Shown here piece by piece: positions 1 to 10,159 of a stretch of 64,000 nucleotides of DNA; the first letter of the stretch is position 1, and the number at the start of each line of letters is the position of its first letter. The translations under genes were made by a program, and so were the position numbers. The notes below the pieces were generated by a model that saw only the letters and a list, made by a program, of their open reading frames with translations, was not told the DNA's origin and did no database searches. Origin of the DNA: Acidobacteriota bacterium (GTDB lineage: Bacteria > Acidobacteriota > CAIWXX01); assembly GCA_040755995.1 (NCBI GenBank), contig JBFMAF010000023.1, forward strand, positions 128,001 to 192,000, in the 5' to 3' direction.

Positions 1-16
1 CGAGGACAAGCGCGAG

Positions 17-1993
17 ATGGAACAGTTCAGCATCCGCAACCGGCATTTCCTGATCCTGGACCTGTTGCTCCTCTCATTCACCCCGGCGCTCGCCCTCGGT
101 CTCCGTGTCGACCCCGCCGTCTACCACAGCTACACAGAGGCGCTCGTTCTATTCACCATCGCGACCTATTTCGTCAAGTTTCCCATCTTCCACGTCATGG
201 ACCTCTACCGCCGCTACTGGCGGTACGCCAGCGTGAGCGACGCTACAAGCATTGCGCTGGCCGTGGGCATCGCCACGGTCCTCGACGCGGGCATTCATGC
301 GGCCGGGCAGCTCATGGGCTTCCCGCCCGCGCGCGCCCTGCCGCGCTCCGTGCCGTTGATCGACGGCCTGCTGACGCTTGTCGTAGTCGGTGGAACGCGA
401 TTCGCCCTTCGGGCGATCGCGCTGCGGCAGTCTGCGGAATCAGGCGATCGCCGCCGCAGGCGCGTGCTCATCGCCGGCGCGGGCAACGCCGGAGCGCTGG
501 TGGCCCGCGACATGCTCACCGGCCACCACCGCGACTTCGAGCCGGTCGCGTTCGTCGATGACGATCGCGAGAAGCTCGGGGTGCGCATCCACGATCTGCC
601 CGTGGCCGGCTCGCTGAAGCAGATCCCCGAGGTGGTCGAACGGTACGCGGCAGACGAGGTCATCATCGCCATGCCCTCGGCCGCAGGCAAGACGATCCGA
701 GAGACCGTGAGGGCATGCGAATCTGCCGGAGTCCCCTGCAAGACCCTGCCGGGCATCCATCAGCTCGTCTCGGGCCGCGCGATAGCTACGCGGCTGCGCA
801 GCGTCAACATCGAGGACCTGTTGCGCCGGGAAACGATGAACGTCGATCTGGGCGAAGTGGAGAGCATGGTGCGAGACCGCAGGGTGCTGGTCACGGGCGC
901 GGGTGGATCGATCGGCTCCGAGCTGTGCCGGCAGATCACGCGATTCAGCCCGGCGCAGCTCACGCTGCTCGGCCACGGCGAGAACAGCCTGTTCATGCTG
1001 TCGAATGAGCTGCAGCACATGAAGGACCTCCCCTCACAGCGCAACAGCGACCGGCTGCTCATCACCGTGGGTGACGTCCGCGACCGCCCGCGCATCGAGA
1101 CGATCTTCCGGCGCACCCAACCGCAGATCGTCTTCCACGCCGCCGCCCACAAACACGTACCGATGATGGAGGACAACGTCGAGAGTGCCGTGACGAACAA
1201 CGTCGTCGGGACGCGGAACGTGGCGGAGCTGTCGGAGGCGTTCGAGGTGGAGCGCTTCGTCCTGATCTCGACCGATAAGGCCGTCAACCCGAGCAGCGCT
1301 ATGGGCGCAACCAAGCGAGTCGCGGAGATGATCGTGGCGGAAGTCGCCCGGAGGAGCTCCCGGCCATACGTAGCCGTGCGTTTCGGCAACGTGCTGGGCA
1401 GCCGCGGCTCCGTCGTGCCCCTCTTCACACAACAGATCGCCGCAGGCGGCCCGGTGACGGTGACACACCCCGAGGTCCGCCGCTATTTCATGACAATCCC
1501 CGAAGCCGTCCAGCTCGTGCTCCAGGCCGCCGCCATGAGCCGCAACGGCGAAGTGTACGTGCTCGACATGGGCGAACCCATGAAGATCGTGGACCTCGCG
1601 CGAGATATGATCGAACTGTCCGGACTCTCCGTCGAGCGCGATATCGACATCGTCTACAGCGGCCTGCGGCCGGGAGAGAAACTCTTCGAGGATCTGTTTC
1701 TCGACCAGGAGGAATTCCAGCGCACCCGACACTCCCAGATCCTCCAGTGCCGAAACGGAAAGGCCCTGCCCGAACACATCGGTACGCCGGCAGCTCTCTT
1801 CCAACACGTCGAGGCTCTGCACGACGCCGCCAGGCGCGGGGAGCCGGACGAGGTGCGCCGGCTCTTGCGGACTATCGTGCCGGAATACACGCCGGCGGGG
1901 GAGACGGAAGACGGGAGACGGAAGACGGGAGAAGAGAAACGAGAGATGGAAGACGCGGGGAAACGGAGAACCGGGGAATCGGAGAATCGGTGA
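17..1993 (+). CDS. Polysaccharide biosynthesis protein, CapD/PglF-type nucleoside-diphosphate sugar 4,6-dehydratase
   Basis: N-terminal TM helices, GAGxAG fold, then TGAGGSIGSEL, HAAAHKHVP, STDKAVNP, MGATKR, VRFGNVLGSRGSV, RYFMTIPEA and GLRPGEKL motifs. Confidence 0.95.
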   Translation: MEQFSIRNRHFLILDLLLLSFTPALALGLRVDPAVYHSYTEALVLFTIATYFVKFPIFHVMDLYRRYWRYASVSDATSIALAVGIATVLDAGIHAAGQLMGFPPARALPRSVPLIDGLLTLVVVGGTRFALRAIALRQSAESGDRRRRRVLIAGAGNAGALVARDMLTGHHRDFEPVAFVDDDREKLGVRIHDLPVAGSLKQIPEVVERYAADEVIIAMPSAAGKTIRETVRACESAGVPCKTLPGIHQLVSGRAIATRLRSVNIEDLLRRETMNVDLGEVESMVRDRRVLVTGAGGSIGSELCRQITRFSPAQLTLLGHGENSLFMLSNELQHMKDLPSQRNSDRLLITVGDVRDRPRIETIFRRTQPQIVFHAAAHKHVPMMEDNVESAVTNNVVGTRNVAELSEAFEVERFVLISTDKAVNPSSAMGATKRVAEMIVAEVARRSSRPYVAVRFGNVLGSRGSVVPLFTQQIAAGGPVTVTHPEVRRYFMTIPEAVQLVLQAAAMSRNGEVYVLDMGEPMKIVDLARDMIELSGLSVERDIDIVYSGLRPGEKLFEDLFLDQEEFQRTRHSQILQCRNGKALPEHIGTPAALFQHVEALHDAARRGEPDEVRRLLRTIVPEYTPAGETEDGRRKTGEEKREMEDAGKRRTGESENR

Positions 1994-2043
1994 ACCGGAG
2001 ACGGAGGACGGAAGACGGGAGACGCGGGGAATCGGAGAAGCGG
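1900..2043. repeat. Purine-rich 7/8-mer tandem repeats (GGAGACG/GAAGACG; GGAGAATC/GGGGAATC) overlapping the capD-like 3' end
   Basis: Directly visible degenerate tandem units; a reverse-complement relative lies at about 3948-3985. Confidence 0.85.
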
Positions 2044-2050
2044 GCGCTAA

Positions 2051-3856
2051 TTGTGCAGTGATTTGAAACGCGTCGCACGGGGCGTCTTGCTGCTGTTTGG
2101 CCTTGCCACGTGCCCGCTGCATGCGCAGCCGACATCGCCCAATCTGGTGGCCAATCCGGGATTCGAGACTGACATCTTCTCGGCCGGGAGCGGCTGGACG
2201 TTCACGGAAGGCCCAGTACCGATCTGGGACAGGCAGGCGCACGACGGCCAACACTCGCTATTCATCTCCGCCGCCTATTCGGCCGGCAGGCCCGTCTCGC
2301 AACGAATCGACGGCATCCGCATGGAAGCGCCTTACCTTTTCACGTGCTGGATTGCCCGGAGTGTCGTGAACGAGGGCAACTACGCCTCGTTCAGACTTCT
2401 GGGACATCCGGTGCGCGCCGACGATGTCTGGGCCAGAGACAGGTGGCAGAAGTTCACGTACCTGGTGCCCAGGGCAGTCGACTCGGAGATTCGGATCGAA
2501 GTCGAGGATGCAGAGCAAGGCGGGTATCACTTCGACGACATCTCGCTCACCGAGATCACGCTTGCCGATCTGAGCCCCGCCGACGGTGCGGAAGTGGACG
2601 CCCCGCGCTTCGCTTGGCTCGTGGACGCAGGCGACCGCGTCGTGCGATTCGAGCTGGAGATCTCAGAGTCGCAGGGATTCGAACGGCGGACCAGCGAGGC
2701 GTTGCTGAGCGCACAGGGTCCACCGTACGAACCAGCCGCACCCCTGCGCGCCGGCAGCTACTACTGGCGCTTCCGCGCATTTCACGGGAAAGAAGAGATC
2801 GCGGTCTCGGGCCTCAGGCGCTTCCGCCTCACTCGGGATTGGGAGGGCAAACCGGGGGCGCCCCCGCAACCGCCCCGGACGATCCCGATCGGGATCTTCG
2901 CGTCCTCGATCGAAGTGCAGCAGCTCGCCCACACCCCGATCAAGTGGGTCGTAACGTCAGCCTCTTCGCGCGTCCCCACGGAGACCCTGTTCAAGAACGC
3001 AAAGGCGGCCGGCCTCCGGCTGGTCCTCTCGAATCACGGTACAGTCTCTGAGATCGACGCTGCTCCGAAACTCGCGGCCCGCCACCCAGAGCTTGCCGGC
3101 TGGTACATCGCCGACGAGCCCGAAGGGCGCGCAACGCCGCCGATCGATCTCGTCCGGCGGTTCCTGGCAATCAAGAGCGCCACGCCGCAACTGCCCGCAG
3201 CCATCGCCCTGCTCCGCCCCTGGCGCGCCGCCGACTATGCAGTTGCCGCGGATGCCATCATGGCTGACCCGTATCCGGTCCCCCATCTGCCGATCGCCCT
3301 GCTCGGCCAGTCGATCGACACCGCGCGCGCCAGCAGCGGCACGGAGAAACCGATCTGGGCGGTGATCCAGGCGTTCAACTGGAGCGACATCTACGAAGGC
3401 CCCGACCCGTCGATCAGGGGCCGCGCGCCGACCGAGCCCGAGCTGCGCGCGCTCGCGTACAGCGCGCTCGTTCACGGCGCTCGAGGAATCTTCTTCTACA
3501 ACCTGTCGACAGCCCGACGGTGCGGTGTGTGGGACGACGTCAAGCGTGTGGCGGAAAAACTCACAGCTGACCTTCCGCTCTTCGAGACCGCTATCCGCCT
3601 GCCCGACCGCCCGCTGTGGTGCGACGACGGCGACGGCCTCGGCGGTCCCGCAATCCACTCGGCTTCATTCGACCTGCGCCTGTCTTGTGGAAAGGCCTGG
3701 CCCGCAGGACGCTACGTCGTCGCCGTGAACACAACCGGCCTGCCGGCCCGCGCATCCGATCGCCCGCAGCCGATCACGAGCGACGGCCCCGCGCCGCGGA
3801 CCACATTCGGTCCATTCGAGATCAGGATCATCAGAGAGACGGGACCCGGGCGTTAG
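2051..3856 (+). CDS. Secreted protein with carbohydrate-binding-like N-terminus and putative glycoside-hydrolase-like domain
   Basis: Signal peptide; NLVANPGFE (CBM-like); C-terminal WYIADEP, DPYP, QAF and ALVHGARGIFFY motifs. Confidence 0.6.
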   Translation: MCSDLKRVARGVLLLFGLATCPLHAQPTSPNLVANPGFETDIFSAGSGWTFTEGPVPIWDRQAHDGQHSLFISAAYSAGRPVSQRIDGIRMEAPYLFTCWIARSVVNEGNYASFRLLGHPVRADDVWARDRWQKFTYLVPRAVDSEIRIEVEDAEQGGYHFDDISLTEITLADLSPADGAEVDAPRFAWLVDAGDRVVRFELEISESQGFERRTSEALLSAQGPPYEPAAPLRAGSYYWRFRAFHGKEEIAVSGLRRFRLTRDWEGKPGAPPQPPRTIPIGIFASSIEVQQLAHTPIKWVVTSASSRVPTETLFKNAKAAGLRLVLSNHGTVSEIDAAPKLAARHPELAGWYIADEPEGRATPPIDLVRRFLAIKSATPQLPAAIALLRPWRAADYAVAADAIMADPYPVPHLPIALLGQSIDTARASSGTEKPIWAVIQAFNWSDIYEGPDPSIRGRAPTEPELRALAYSALVHGARGIFFYNLSTARRCGVWDDVKRVAEKLTADLPLFETAIRLPDRPLWCDDGDGLGGPAIHSASFDLRLSCGKAWPAGRYVVAVNTTGLPARASDRPQPITSDGPAPRTTFGPFEIRIIRETGPGR

Positions 3857-3875
3857 AAGCAGGGTGACACGGTGT

Positions 3876-3904
3876 TGACGAACCCCCCCGCTGATTCTAT
3901 ATTC
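3876..3904 (+). promoter_or_regulatory. Sigma70-type promoter
   Basis: TTGACG-17 nt-TATATT upstream of the 4028 ORF. Confidence 0.5.
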
Positions 3905-4027
3905 ACGGCATGATGTGGCGGATGGCCGGCGTCGTGCATACCTCTCTCTCTCCGGTTCTCCGATTCCCCGTTTCTGCCCGATTCCGCGCCACCGCGTTTC
4001 CATACGCAGGCCGATCAGGAGGATACC

Positions 4028-4546
4028 ATGCCGATCTTTGAATACCTCTGCACCCCGTGCAATCGCATCTATAGCTTCCTTTCGATGACTGCGAGCCCGG
4101 CGCGGCAGCCCACCTGCCCGCGGTGCGGGGCCACCGAGCTCGAACGCGTCCCATCTGTTTTCGCCGTGCGTTCCTCGAAGAAGAGCGAGACGAAGGGAAA
4201 GGATGAGGAGGCGGGCAGGACGCAGCCCGAGGGCGGCGCAGAAGGCGGCGGCCCGGATGAGGCCGCCATGGGGCGGCTCGAACACGAGGCCATGCAGATG
4301 ATGGACGGGCTCGACGAGAAAGACGCCGAGGACCCGCGAGTCATGGCCCGCATGATGCGGCGCCTGGCCGAGGCCTCCGGCGAGAAGATCACGCCCGGGA
4401 TGAACGAGATGTTCCGCCGGATGGAAGCGGGCGAAGACCCCGAAGCGCTCGAAGAGGAGCTCGGCCCGCAGCTCGAAGAGGAGATGGGAGAGGCAGGCGG
4501 AGGCGCCGGAATGCCCACGAGGGACGAAGGGCTGTACGATATGTAG
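4028..4546 (+). CDS. FmdB-family zinc-ribbon protein
   Basis: MPIFEYLCTPC...CPRCG...LERVPSVF signature; acidic C-terminus. Confidence 0.85.
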   Translation: MPIFEYLCTPCNRIYSFLSMTASPARQPTCPRCGATELERVPSVFAVRSSKKSETKGKDEEAGRTQPEGGAEGGGPDEAAMGRLEHEAMQMMDGLDEKDAEDPRVMARMMRRLAEASGEKITPGMNEMFRRMEAGEDPEALEEELGPQLEEEMGEAGGGAGMPTRDEGLYDM

Positions 4547-4547
4547 G

Positions 4548-4629
4548 TTTCAGATCTCAGATTTCAGATTGGGCGGTCGGCGTATCCGCCCGGCCACATC
4601 GCATGCCACCAGATCTGAGATCTGCAATC
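4548..4629. repeat. ~80-bp repeat, copy 1 (heptamer-armed hairpin)
   Basis: TTTCAGATTGGGC..GTCGG..CGTATCCGCCCGGCCACATCGC..TCTGCAATC shared with 5938-6023. Confidence 0.9.
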
Positions 4630-4731
4630 CGTGGAGTCGGCCCCCGGACAGGATCGCAAGCCACTAGGTCCAAAATCTGAACCCCCGCTGGAATCTTGCA
4701 CTTGTAGCCGGGACAGGGTGCGAACCACGAC

Positions 4732-4759
4732 TTGACAACCTCGTGTTTTGGGATATAAT
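4732..4759 (+). promoter_or_regulatory. Consensus sigma70 promoter, probably leaderless transcript
   Basis: TTGACA-16 nt-TATAAT; ATG at 4768 lies 8 nt downstream of the -10 box. Confidence 0.75.
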
Positions 4760-4767
4760 GGCCGAAA

Positions 4768-5937
4768 ATGCAAGGAAGTAGTTCTTTCGTTCAGCGGACA
4801 CGGCTGCTGAGCCGGCTCTCCGTGGCGCTGGAAGAAAGCCCGATCTGTGCGTTGGTCGGGGCGAGGCAGACTGGCAAGACGACCTTGGCGAAGATGTACG
4901 CCAGTGGCCGCGAGGTATCTCACTATTTCGACCTGGAGACCGCGGCGGCGAAGGGAGCGATGGGGACGGCCGAGATCACGCTGGGAGAGCTCACCGGTCT
5001 TGTGGTGATCGATGAGATACAGCGGATGCCGGATCTGTTCCGCGTGCTCCGCCCACTTGCAGATCGTGATCCTCCGGCGGCCCGATTCCTCGTCCTGGGC
5101 AGCGCCTCCCCTGGACTGGTCAAAGGCGTCTCGGAGTCGCTTGCCGGGCGAGTGCAGTTCGTGCAGGTTCCCGGGTTCTCGCTGCTGGAAACCGGCCCGG
5201 GCAACCTCTCCAGGTTGTGGCTGCGAGGCGGATTTCCACGATCGTACCTTGCGTCGTCAGATCGGGCCAGTCTGCGCTGGCGCGACGCTTTCATCTCCAC
5301 CTTCCTCGAGCGTGACATCCCGCAGCTCGGAATCCGCGTACCAGGAGAGACGCTGCGACGATTCTGGAACATGCTCTGCCATTACCACGGCCAGATTTGG
5401 AATGCCTCCGATCTTGCGCGGTCGATGGGCATGAGTGAGAAGGCCGTCCGTCACTACGTCGACATCCTCGCCGGTGCCCATGTCGTGCGCATTCTCCCGC
5501 CGTGGCACGAGAACATAGGGAAGCGACAGACGAGGTCCCCCAAGGTTTATGTCCGGGACAGCGGACTCCTTCACGCCCTCCTTCGGATCGAGACGCTCGG
5601 CGACCTCAGGTCCCACCCGAAGCATGGAGCTTCGTGGGAAGGGTTCGCGATCGAGCAGGTCCTCTCGTGCGTCCCCGACCGCGAAGCGTACTTCTGGGGC
5701 ACTCACGCCGGCGCCGAGATCGACCTGCTTGTGATGAAAGGAGGGCGGCATTACGGCTTCGAGTTCAAGTGCACAGACGCGCCTTCGATGACGCGTTCAC
5801 TCCACGTCGTCTTGGAGGACTTGAAGCTCCACAGGGCCTGGGTGGTCTACCCGGGCGAGCTGTCCTATCCGATACACGAGAGAGTCCAAGCCATAGGTCT
5901 GGCGGCCCTGTTGGATTCGCTGGACAGCCTCACCTGA
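4768..5937 (+). CDS. AAA_14 ATPase with DUF4143 / C-terminal nuclease-like domain
   Basis: Walker A GARQTGKT, IDEIQ, LGSAS, ESLAGR, RGGFP, SPKVYVRDSG, EIDL...FEFK. Confidence 0.9.
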   Translation: MQGSSSFVQRTRLLSRLSVALEESPICALVGARQTGKTTLAKMYASGREVSHYFDLETAAAKGAMGTAEITLGELTGLVVIDEIQRMPDLFRVLRPLADRDPPAARFLVLGSASPGLVKGVSESLAGRVQFVQVPGFSLLETGPGNLSRLWLRGGFPRSYLASSDRASLRWRDAFISTFLERDIPQLGIRVPGETLRRFWNMLCHYHGQIWNASDLARSMGMSEKAVRHYVDILAGAHVVRILPPWHENIGKRQTRSPKVYVRDSGLLHALLRIETLGDLRSHPKHGASWEGFAIEQVLSCVPDREAYFWGTHAGAEIDLLVMKGGRHYGFEFKCTDAPSMTRSLHVVLEDLKLHRAWVVYPGELSYPIHERVQAIGLAALLDSLDSLT

Positions 5938-6023
5938 TTTCAGATTTCAGATTGGGCAGTCGGCCGGCGTATCCGCCCGGCCACATCGCGCGCCGCCAAG
6001 TCTGATATCTGCAATCTGCAATC
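5938..6023. repeat. ~80-bp repeat, copy 2
   Basis: Direct repeat of 4548-4629 with a 4-bp insertion and a few substitutions. Confidence 0.9.
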
Positions 6024-6028
6024 TCCTG

Positions 6029-6718
6029 CTATTCTCGATAAAGCTTCCTGAACCTCAGCAGCGCATCCGGATTGAGGATGTACGGTTCCAGCAGCTGCGG
6101 CTTCTCTCCTGTCTTGTCCCATGCGGTCGCAAGCGACGGGATCTGGTCGGGGGAGTCGGACATCGTGCGGCCCGTGACCTCTTGTGCGAAGCGGCGGTCG
6201 CCGGGAGGCAGAAACGGATACTGGCTGAGGAGGTACTTCGCAACGGCGAGGAGCTTCGACTGGTCGCGGGGGTCTCGGGCGAGCGCTTCGCGAAAGGCCT
6301 GAATCGCCTGTGTCCTGTACGGGGTGATCGGGAACCCGTACGCGAGGTACGCGCGCGCCAGGTCGAAGTAGATGTCGCTCTCGCGAGGCTCCATCTCTGC
6401 CGCCCTCTTCAGCTCCGCGATCGCCTCCCCGAGCCTCGCGTCACGCTGTGCCGCGTCTCCCTCCTGGTGTCGCTTGAAAGCCTCGTCCAGAAACAGCCTG
6501 CCGCGCGAGTGGTGCATCTCCCATGTCGCGCCAAGCGCGATGGCGTTGTCGAGCGCGCGCAGGCGCGCGTCGAACGATCGCGTCACCACGTGCATCTCGG
6601 GCGAGGTCTGGGAGCTATAGTAGTATCGCTGCGCCAACGTCTGGGCAGACTCGTAGGCGGCGAGGAACAAGAGCAGGATCGCCAGTGCGACCCGACCCGC
6701 TTTCCCGGCCATGCTCAC
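6029..6718 (-). CDS. Membrane-anchored TPR protein
   Basis: N-terminal hydrophobic segment; TPR-like helices (AIAELKRAAEMEP, AFREALARDP). Confidence 0.7.
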   Translation of the reverse strand: MSMAGKAGRVALAILLLFLAAYESAQTLAQRYYYSSQTSPEMHVVTRSFDARLRALDNAIALGATWEMHHSRGRLFLDEAFKRHQEGDAAQRDARLGEAIAELKRAAEMEPRESDIYFDLARAYLAYGFPITPYRTQAIQAFREALARDPRDQSKLLAVAKYLLSQYPFLPPGDRRFAQEVTGRTMSDSPDQIPSLATAWDKTGEKPQLLEPYILNPDALLRFRKLYRE

Positions 6719-7536
6719 GCCTCGCCGTCAGCCTCTCCGCGCTGGCCGCGCTTCTTCAGAAACGATGGGATGGGGATACCGAGGCGCCGGGCCGGTTTCG
6801 GCTCGATCGGCTCGCCGAGATCCGGGACGGCTTCATCTTGAAGTATGGCTCGCGGCACGTCCTCGACCATCATCCGAGCCACATCCTCGTCTATGATCGT
6901 GGAGGCGGCCCGGAGTCCCTTCGACAGGACCGGCTCGCGGCGGTTCAGGCTGTGCGTGTCGCTCGCGATTAGGTGCACCCAGCGCTGCTCGAGGAATTGC
7001 GTCACGGCGTCCTTCGCCTGCGGCCCGAACGCCCCGGTGATGCTCTGCGCCGTCACCTGCGCGAGCGCGCCCAGCCGGACCAGCTCGAACAGGCGCCGCG
7101 GCCGCTGCTGAAACGCCGTATTGCGCTCGGGGTGCGCGATGATCGGCGTGAAGCCTGCGAGCTGCATCTGGTAGATCATGTCGCGGACCTGCGGAGGAAT
7201 CGAGTTCTCGGCGAACTCCACGAGCACGTAGCTGCTGCCGCCCAGCCTGACGGCTGGGTGCTCGCGCGCGATATCCACGATGTTGTGCACCGCGAAGACC
7301 TCGGCGCCGCGATGAAACCGCAGCCCCGTCGATTGTGCCTTCTCCAGGAACTCGGCGCAGCGCTCGTCGAGGAGCTGCAGGTCGTCGCCGTGCAGAGTGG
7401 CTCGATGCAGGTGCGGCGTGAGCACCACCTCCCTGATGCCGTCCGCCCTTGCCTTCTCGCACATCTTCAGCGAGTCTTCCATCGTGCGAGCCCCGTCGTC
7501 CCAGTCCGGAATGTAATGTGTATGGAGGTCGATCAT
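6715..7536 (-). CDS. CpsB/CapC-family (PHP) tyrosine-protein phosphatase
   Basis: MIDLHTHYIP.WDDGA, TPH, IAHPERN and ASDTH motifs; ATG 7536 overlaps the upstream stop. Confidence 0.92.
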   Translation of the reverse strand: MIDLHTHYIPDWDDGARTMEDSLKMCEKARADGIREVVLTPHLHRATLHGDDLQLLDERCAEFLEKAQSTGLRFHRGAEVFAVHNIVDIAREHPAVRLGGSSYVLVEFAENSIPPQVRDMIYQMQLAGFTPIIAHPERNTAFQQRPRRLFELVRLGALAQVTAQSITGAFGPQAKDAVTQFLEQRWVHLIASDTHSLNRREPVLSKGLRAASTIIDEDVARMMVEDVPRAILQDEAVPDLGEPIEPKPARRLGIPIPSFLKKRGQRGEADGEA

Positions 7537-8888
7537 CGTCTCTTGTATCGCACTGCGGCAAACCCCATGCAGTATAGTATCAGGAACGTGAAGGCGTTGG
7601 CGGGAATCGACAGGGCGAAGTCGGTGAGCCCGTGGAGGTACATCGCAAAGATGCCGACGAGGCAGCCGGCGCCGATGCCGCGCGCGAAAGGGTGATGCCG
7701 CTCTCTCCATCGGCCGTAGAGCCGTGCGGTGAAGTAGAAAGCGAGCACGAGCCAGAGCGCCAGCCCCATCAGCCCGTACTCCACGGCGATCTGAATATAC
7801 ACCTGGTGCGCGAAGTCCATCCGGGCGCCCGCGTCGGTCCGCTCGAATCTTGGGTAAATCGACCCCATCACCCCCGGACCGACCCCGAACCACGGGTACT
7901 CGCGCACGATCTCGATGCTCGTCCTCCATATGTCGACGCGCGACTCCAGGCTGCGGTCACGCGTCGCGCGCACGAACTTGGAGTACAACGGATCGTAGCT
8001 CACCCAGAGCCCCGCGAGACAGAAGAGCACCAGGAAGCCGGCGACCCACCGCCGCGCTGCCGGCGCGCTCCTGGAAGAGCCGCCCAGGGCGGTGATAATG
8101 AAAAGGCTCGCGAGCAGCACGATGAACCCCGAGCGGCATTTCGAAAAGACGATTCCCAGCGCCATGATCAGGGCAGCCAGGACATAGAGGATCGATTTCT
8201 GGAAGCTCTCCTGGCTGAATGCGATGATCTTTTCCTTGAGAGTCTCGAACTGCTCGACCCCCGGCCGGCGCGACACGATCATGCCGATGCACAATGGGAG
8301 CGCCATTTCGAGATAGGCGGAGAAATGGTCGGGATTGACGAACGATCCGAATGCCACGTCCTTGTTGCGCAGGTTCGGCACGCCGAAGATCGCGTTGGCC
8401 TTCGAGAAGAACTGCGTCAGGCCGTAAATGGCCTGGAAGCAGCCGGAAGCGATGAGGAGGTTCGCCGAGGCGACGATTCGCCCGCGGTGGCCGTCGAGCA
8501 ACGCGAACGCGACGATCGCCAGCAGCGTCGACTCGACGATCTCGATGAGCGCGTCGCCGGCGGGGCCGGGATTCAGAGGATGCGGGCGGGCGCCGGCCGG
8601 CTGGAGGAAGATCCTGACCGCGAGTATGACCATCAATCCGAAGAGCGGCAGGAGCCAGAGGAGAGCGCGCGGCGCCGGCCGCTCCAGGCGCTCCCCCAGC
8701 CTCGCCTCGGGCGACGAGAACCACGCGGCCGCCAGGATGACGATCAGAAGCCGCATCGCGTGGCGCGCCCAGCTGTGCATCGCGGCGAACGGCAGCGGGT
8801 AGAGCGGTATCAGGAGCGCGAGAAGGACCAGAGCCAGAAGGGTCGCGGGGAGAAGATCCGGATCCCTGTGCCCGTGTCGCCTGCGCAT
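7533..8888 (-). CDS. O-antigen ligase / Wzy-like family protein
   Basis: Multiple TM helices; GSFVNPDHFSAYL, SKCRSG, PWFGVGPG, AHQVYIQ...EYG. Confidence 0.9.
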   Translation of the reverse strand: MRRRHGHRDPDLLPATLLALVLLALLIPLYPLPFAAMHSWARHAMRLLIVILAAAWFSSPEARLGERLERPAPRALLWLLPLFGLMVILAVRIFLQPAGARPHPLNPGPAGDALIEIVESTLLAIVAFALLDGHRGRIVASANLLIASGCFQAIYGLTQFFSKANAIFGVPNLRNKDVAFGSFVNPDHFSAYLEMALPLCIGMIVSRRPGVEQFETLKEKIIAFSQESFQKSILYVLAALIMALGIVFSKCRSGFIVLLASLFIITALGGSSRSAPAARRWVAGFLVLFCLAGLWVSYDPLYSKFVRATRDRSLESRVDIWRTSIEIVREYPWFGVGPGVMGSIYPRFERTDAGARMDFAHQVYIQIAVEYGLMGLALWLVLAFYFTARLYGRWRERHHPFARGIGAGCLVGIFAMYLHGLTDFALSIPANAFTFLILYCMGFAAVRYKRR

Positions 8889-9144
8889 GATCTATCCCCG
8901 GAGACTCTGAAGCTCGCGATCTGTTTCTTCCTTCGCCGTCGGAAGTATCTGCTGCGACAGGCGACCGGCGCGGAGACGCGGTGAGGCGGCGCCACGGAGA
9001 AGCGGCAGGACCCCGTACACTGCGCATCCGTGTCGCCGCGTCACCGCGCCCGATCCCGACTTTACGTTCACGACTGCCAACCCCCGGAGTATGGGATTTC
9101 CCGATGGTATTATCATCGAGCGGGATAGCCGCGAAATCGGGACG

Positions 9145-10152
9145 TCAGAAGAGGCTCTCGGGAACGTAGACGACGTATCCGTCTTCCATCGGGACATCCT
9201 GGCGCTTCCCCTTGAGGATGTCATTCAGGTTGACCGTGACCTTCACTTCACGGCCCAGCTCGTCCTTCTTCTTGATGGTGATTCCCGACTTCGACGCGCG
9301 ATCGGTGGTACCGCCGGCCTGGGCGATCGCCTGAAGCAGCGTGATGCCTTTGGATTTTTTCACCTGGAGCGCGCCGGGGTTCCGGACCTGGCCGAACACG
9401 TAGATGGTGATCGGCTTGTCGATCGGCACGTTCACGACGTCGTTCGGGTAGAGAGGAACATTCAGCCTGGTGTTGCCTTCGACCAGAAGCTTCTCGAGAT
9501 CCACGTCGAGGCGGGCCGACAGCCCCGACCTGGACTCGCGCAGGATGAACAGCTCGGTGCCCGCGCTCTCCGTCAGGCCGCCGGCCTGCGACAGGATCTG
9601 GATCACGGTCTGGCGCCCCAGCAGCTCGTAGGTGCCCGGGTTCTTGACGGCGCCCACCACGGCCACCCGCCTGCTCTGATACTCCTTGATGAAGACGGTG
9701 ACCTGGGCGTTCTTGAGATAGCGCGCTTCGAGCAGAGTCGAGAGTTTTTCCTCGACCACTCCCTTGGTCAGACCCGCCACAACCACCTGTCCCAGAAGCG
9801 GAAGGCTGATCGTGCCGTCTTCGGAAACGCGAGTGGTGGTGTTCAGCTCATCCAGCCCGAATACCCTGATCTCCAGAAGGTCCTTCGCGCCGATCTTGTA
9901 TTCCTCAAAGAATTTCTGAAGATCGCCTGCCTGCGCCTGCGCGGACGGCACGGTCCAACCCAACGACAGAACGGCCAGGACGCAGCCGCAAATGAATGCC
10001 GATCGAACGAGATGCGAAACCGTCGCAGGGGCGCGCTCGGCGAGAAACGACGCCGATCGCACCCGGCCTGACGATGCAATCCGCAGGGATTCGTTCACGT
10101 TCACGAGCGCCGGGATGCCGCCGGATTCGGTGATCGAGTGTGTGTGTGACAT
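9145..10152 (-). CDS. Polysaccharide export protein (Poly_export + SLBB, Wza-like)
   Basis: YKIGAKDLL, VSEDGTISLPLLG, GAVKNPG, GQVRNPG, AIAQAGG; start uncertain because the N-terminus contains repeat-derived DNA. Confidence 0.9.
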   Translation of the reverse strand: MSHTHSITESGGIPALVNVNESLRIASSGRVRSASFLAERAPATVSHLVRSAFICGCVLAVLSLGWTVPSAQAQAGDLQKFFEEYKIGAKDLLEIRVFGLDELNTTTRVSEDGTISLPLLGQVVVAGLTKGVVEEKLSTLLEARYLKNAQVTVFIKEYQSRRVAVVGAVKNPGTYELLGRQTVIQILSQAGGLTESAGTELFILRESRSGLSARLDVDLEKLLVEGNTRLNVPLYPNDVVNVPIDKPITIYVFGQVRNPGALQVKKSKGITLLQAIAQAGGTTDRASKSGITIKKKDELGREVKVTVNLNDILKGKRQDVPMEDGYVVYVPESLF

Positions 10153-10159
10153 GGTGCGA

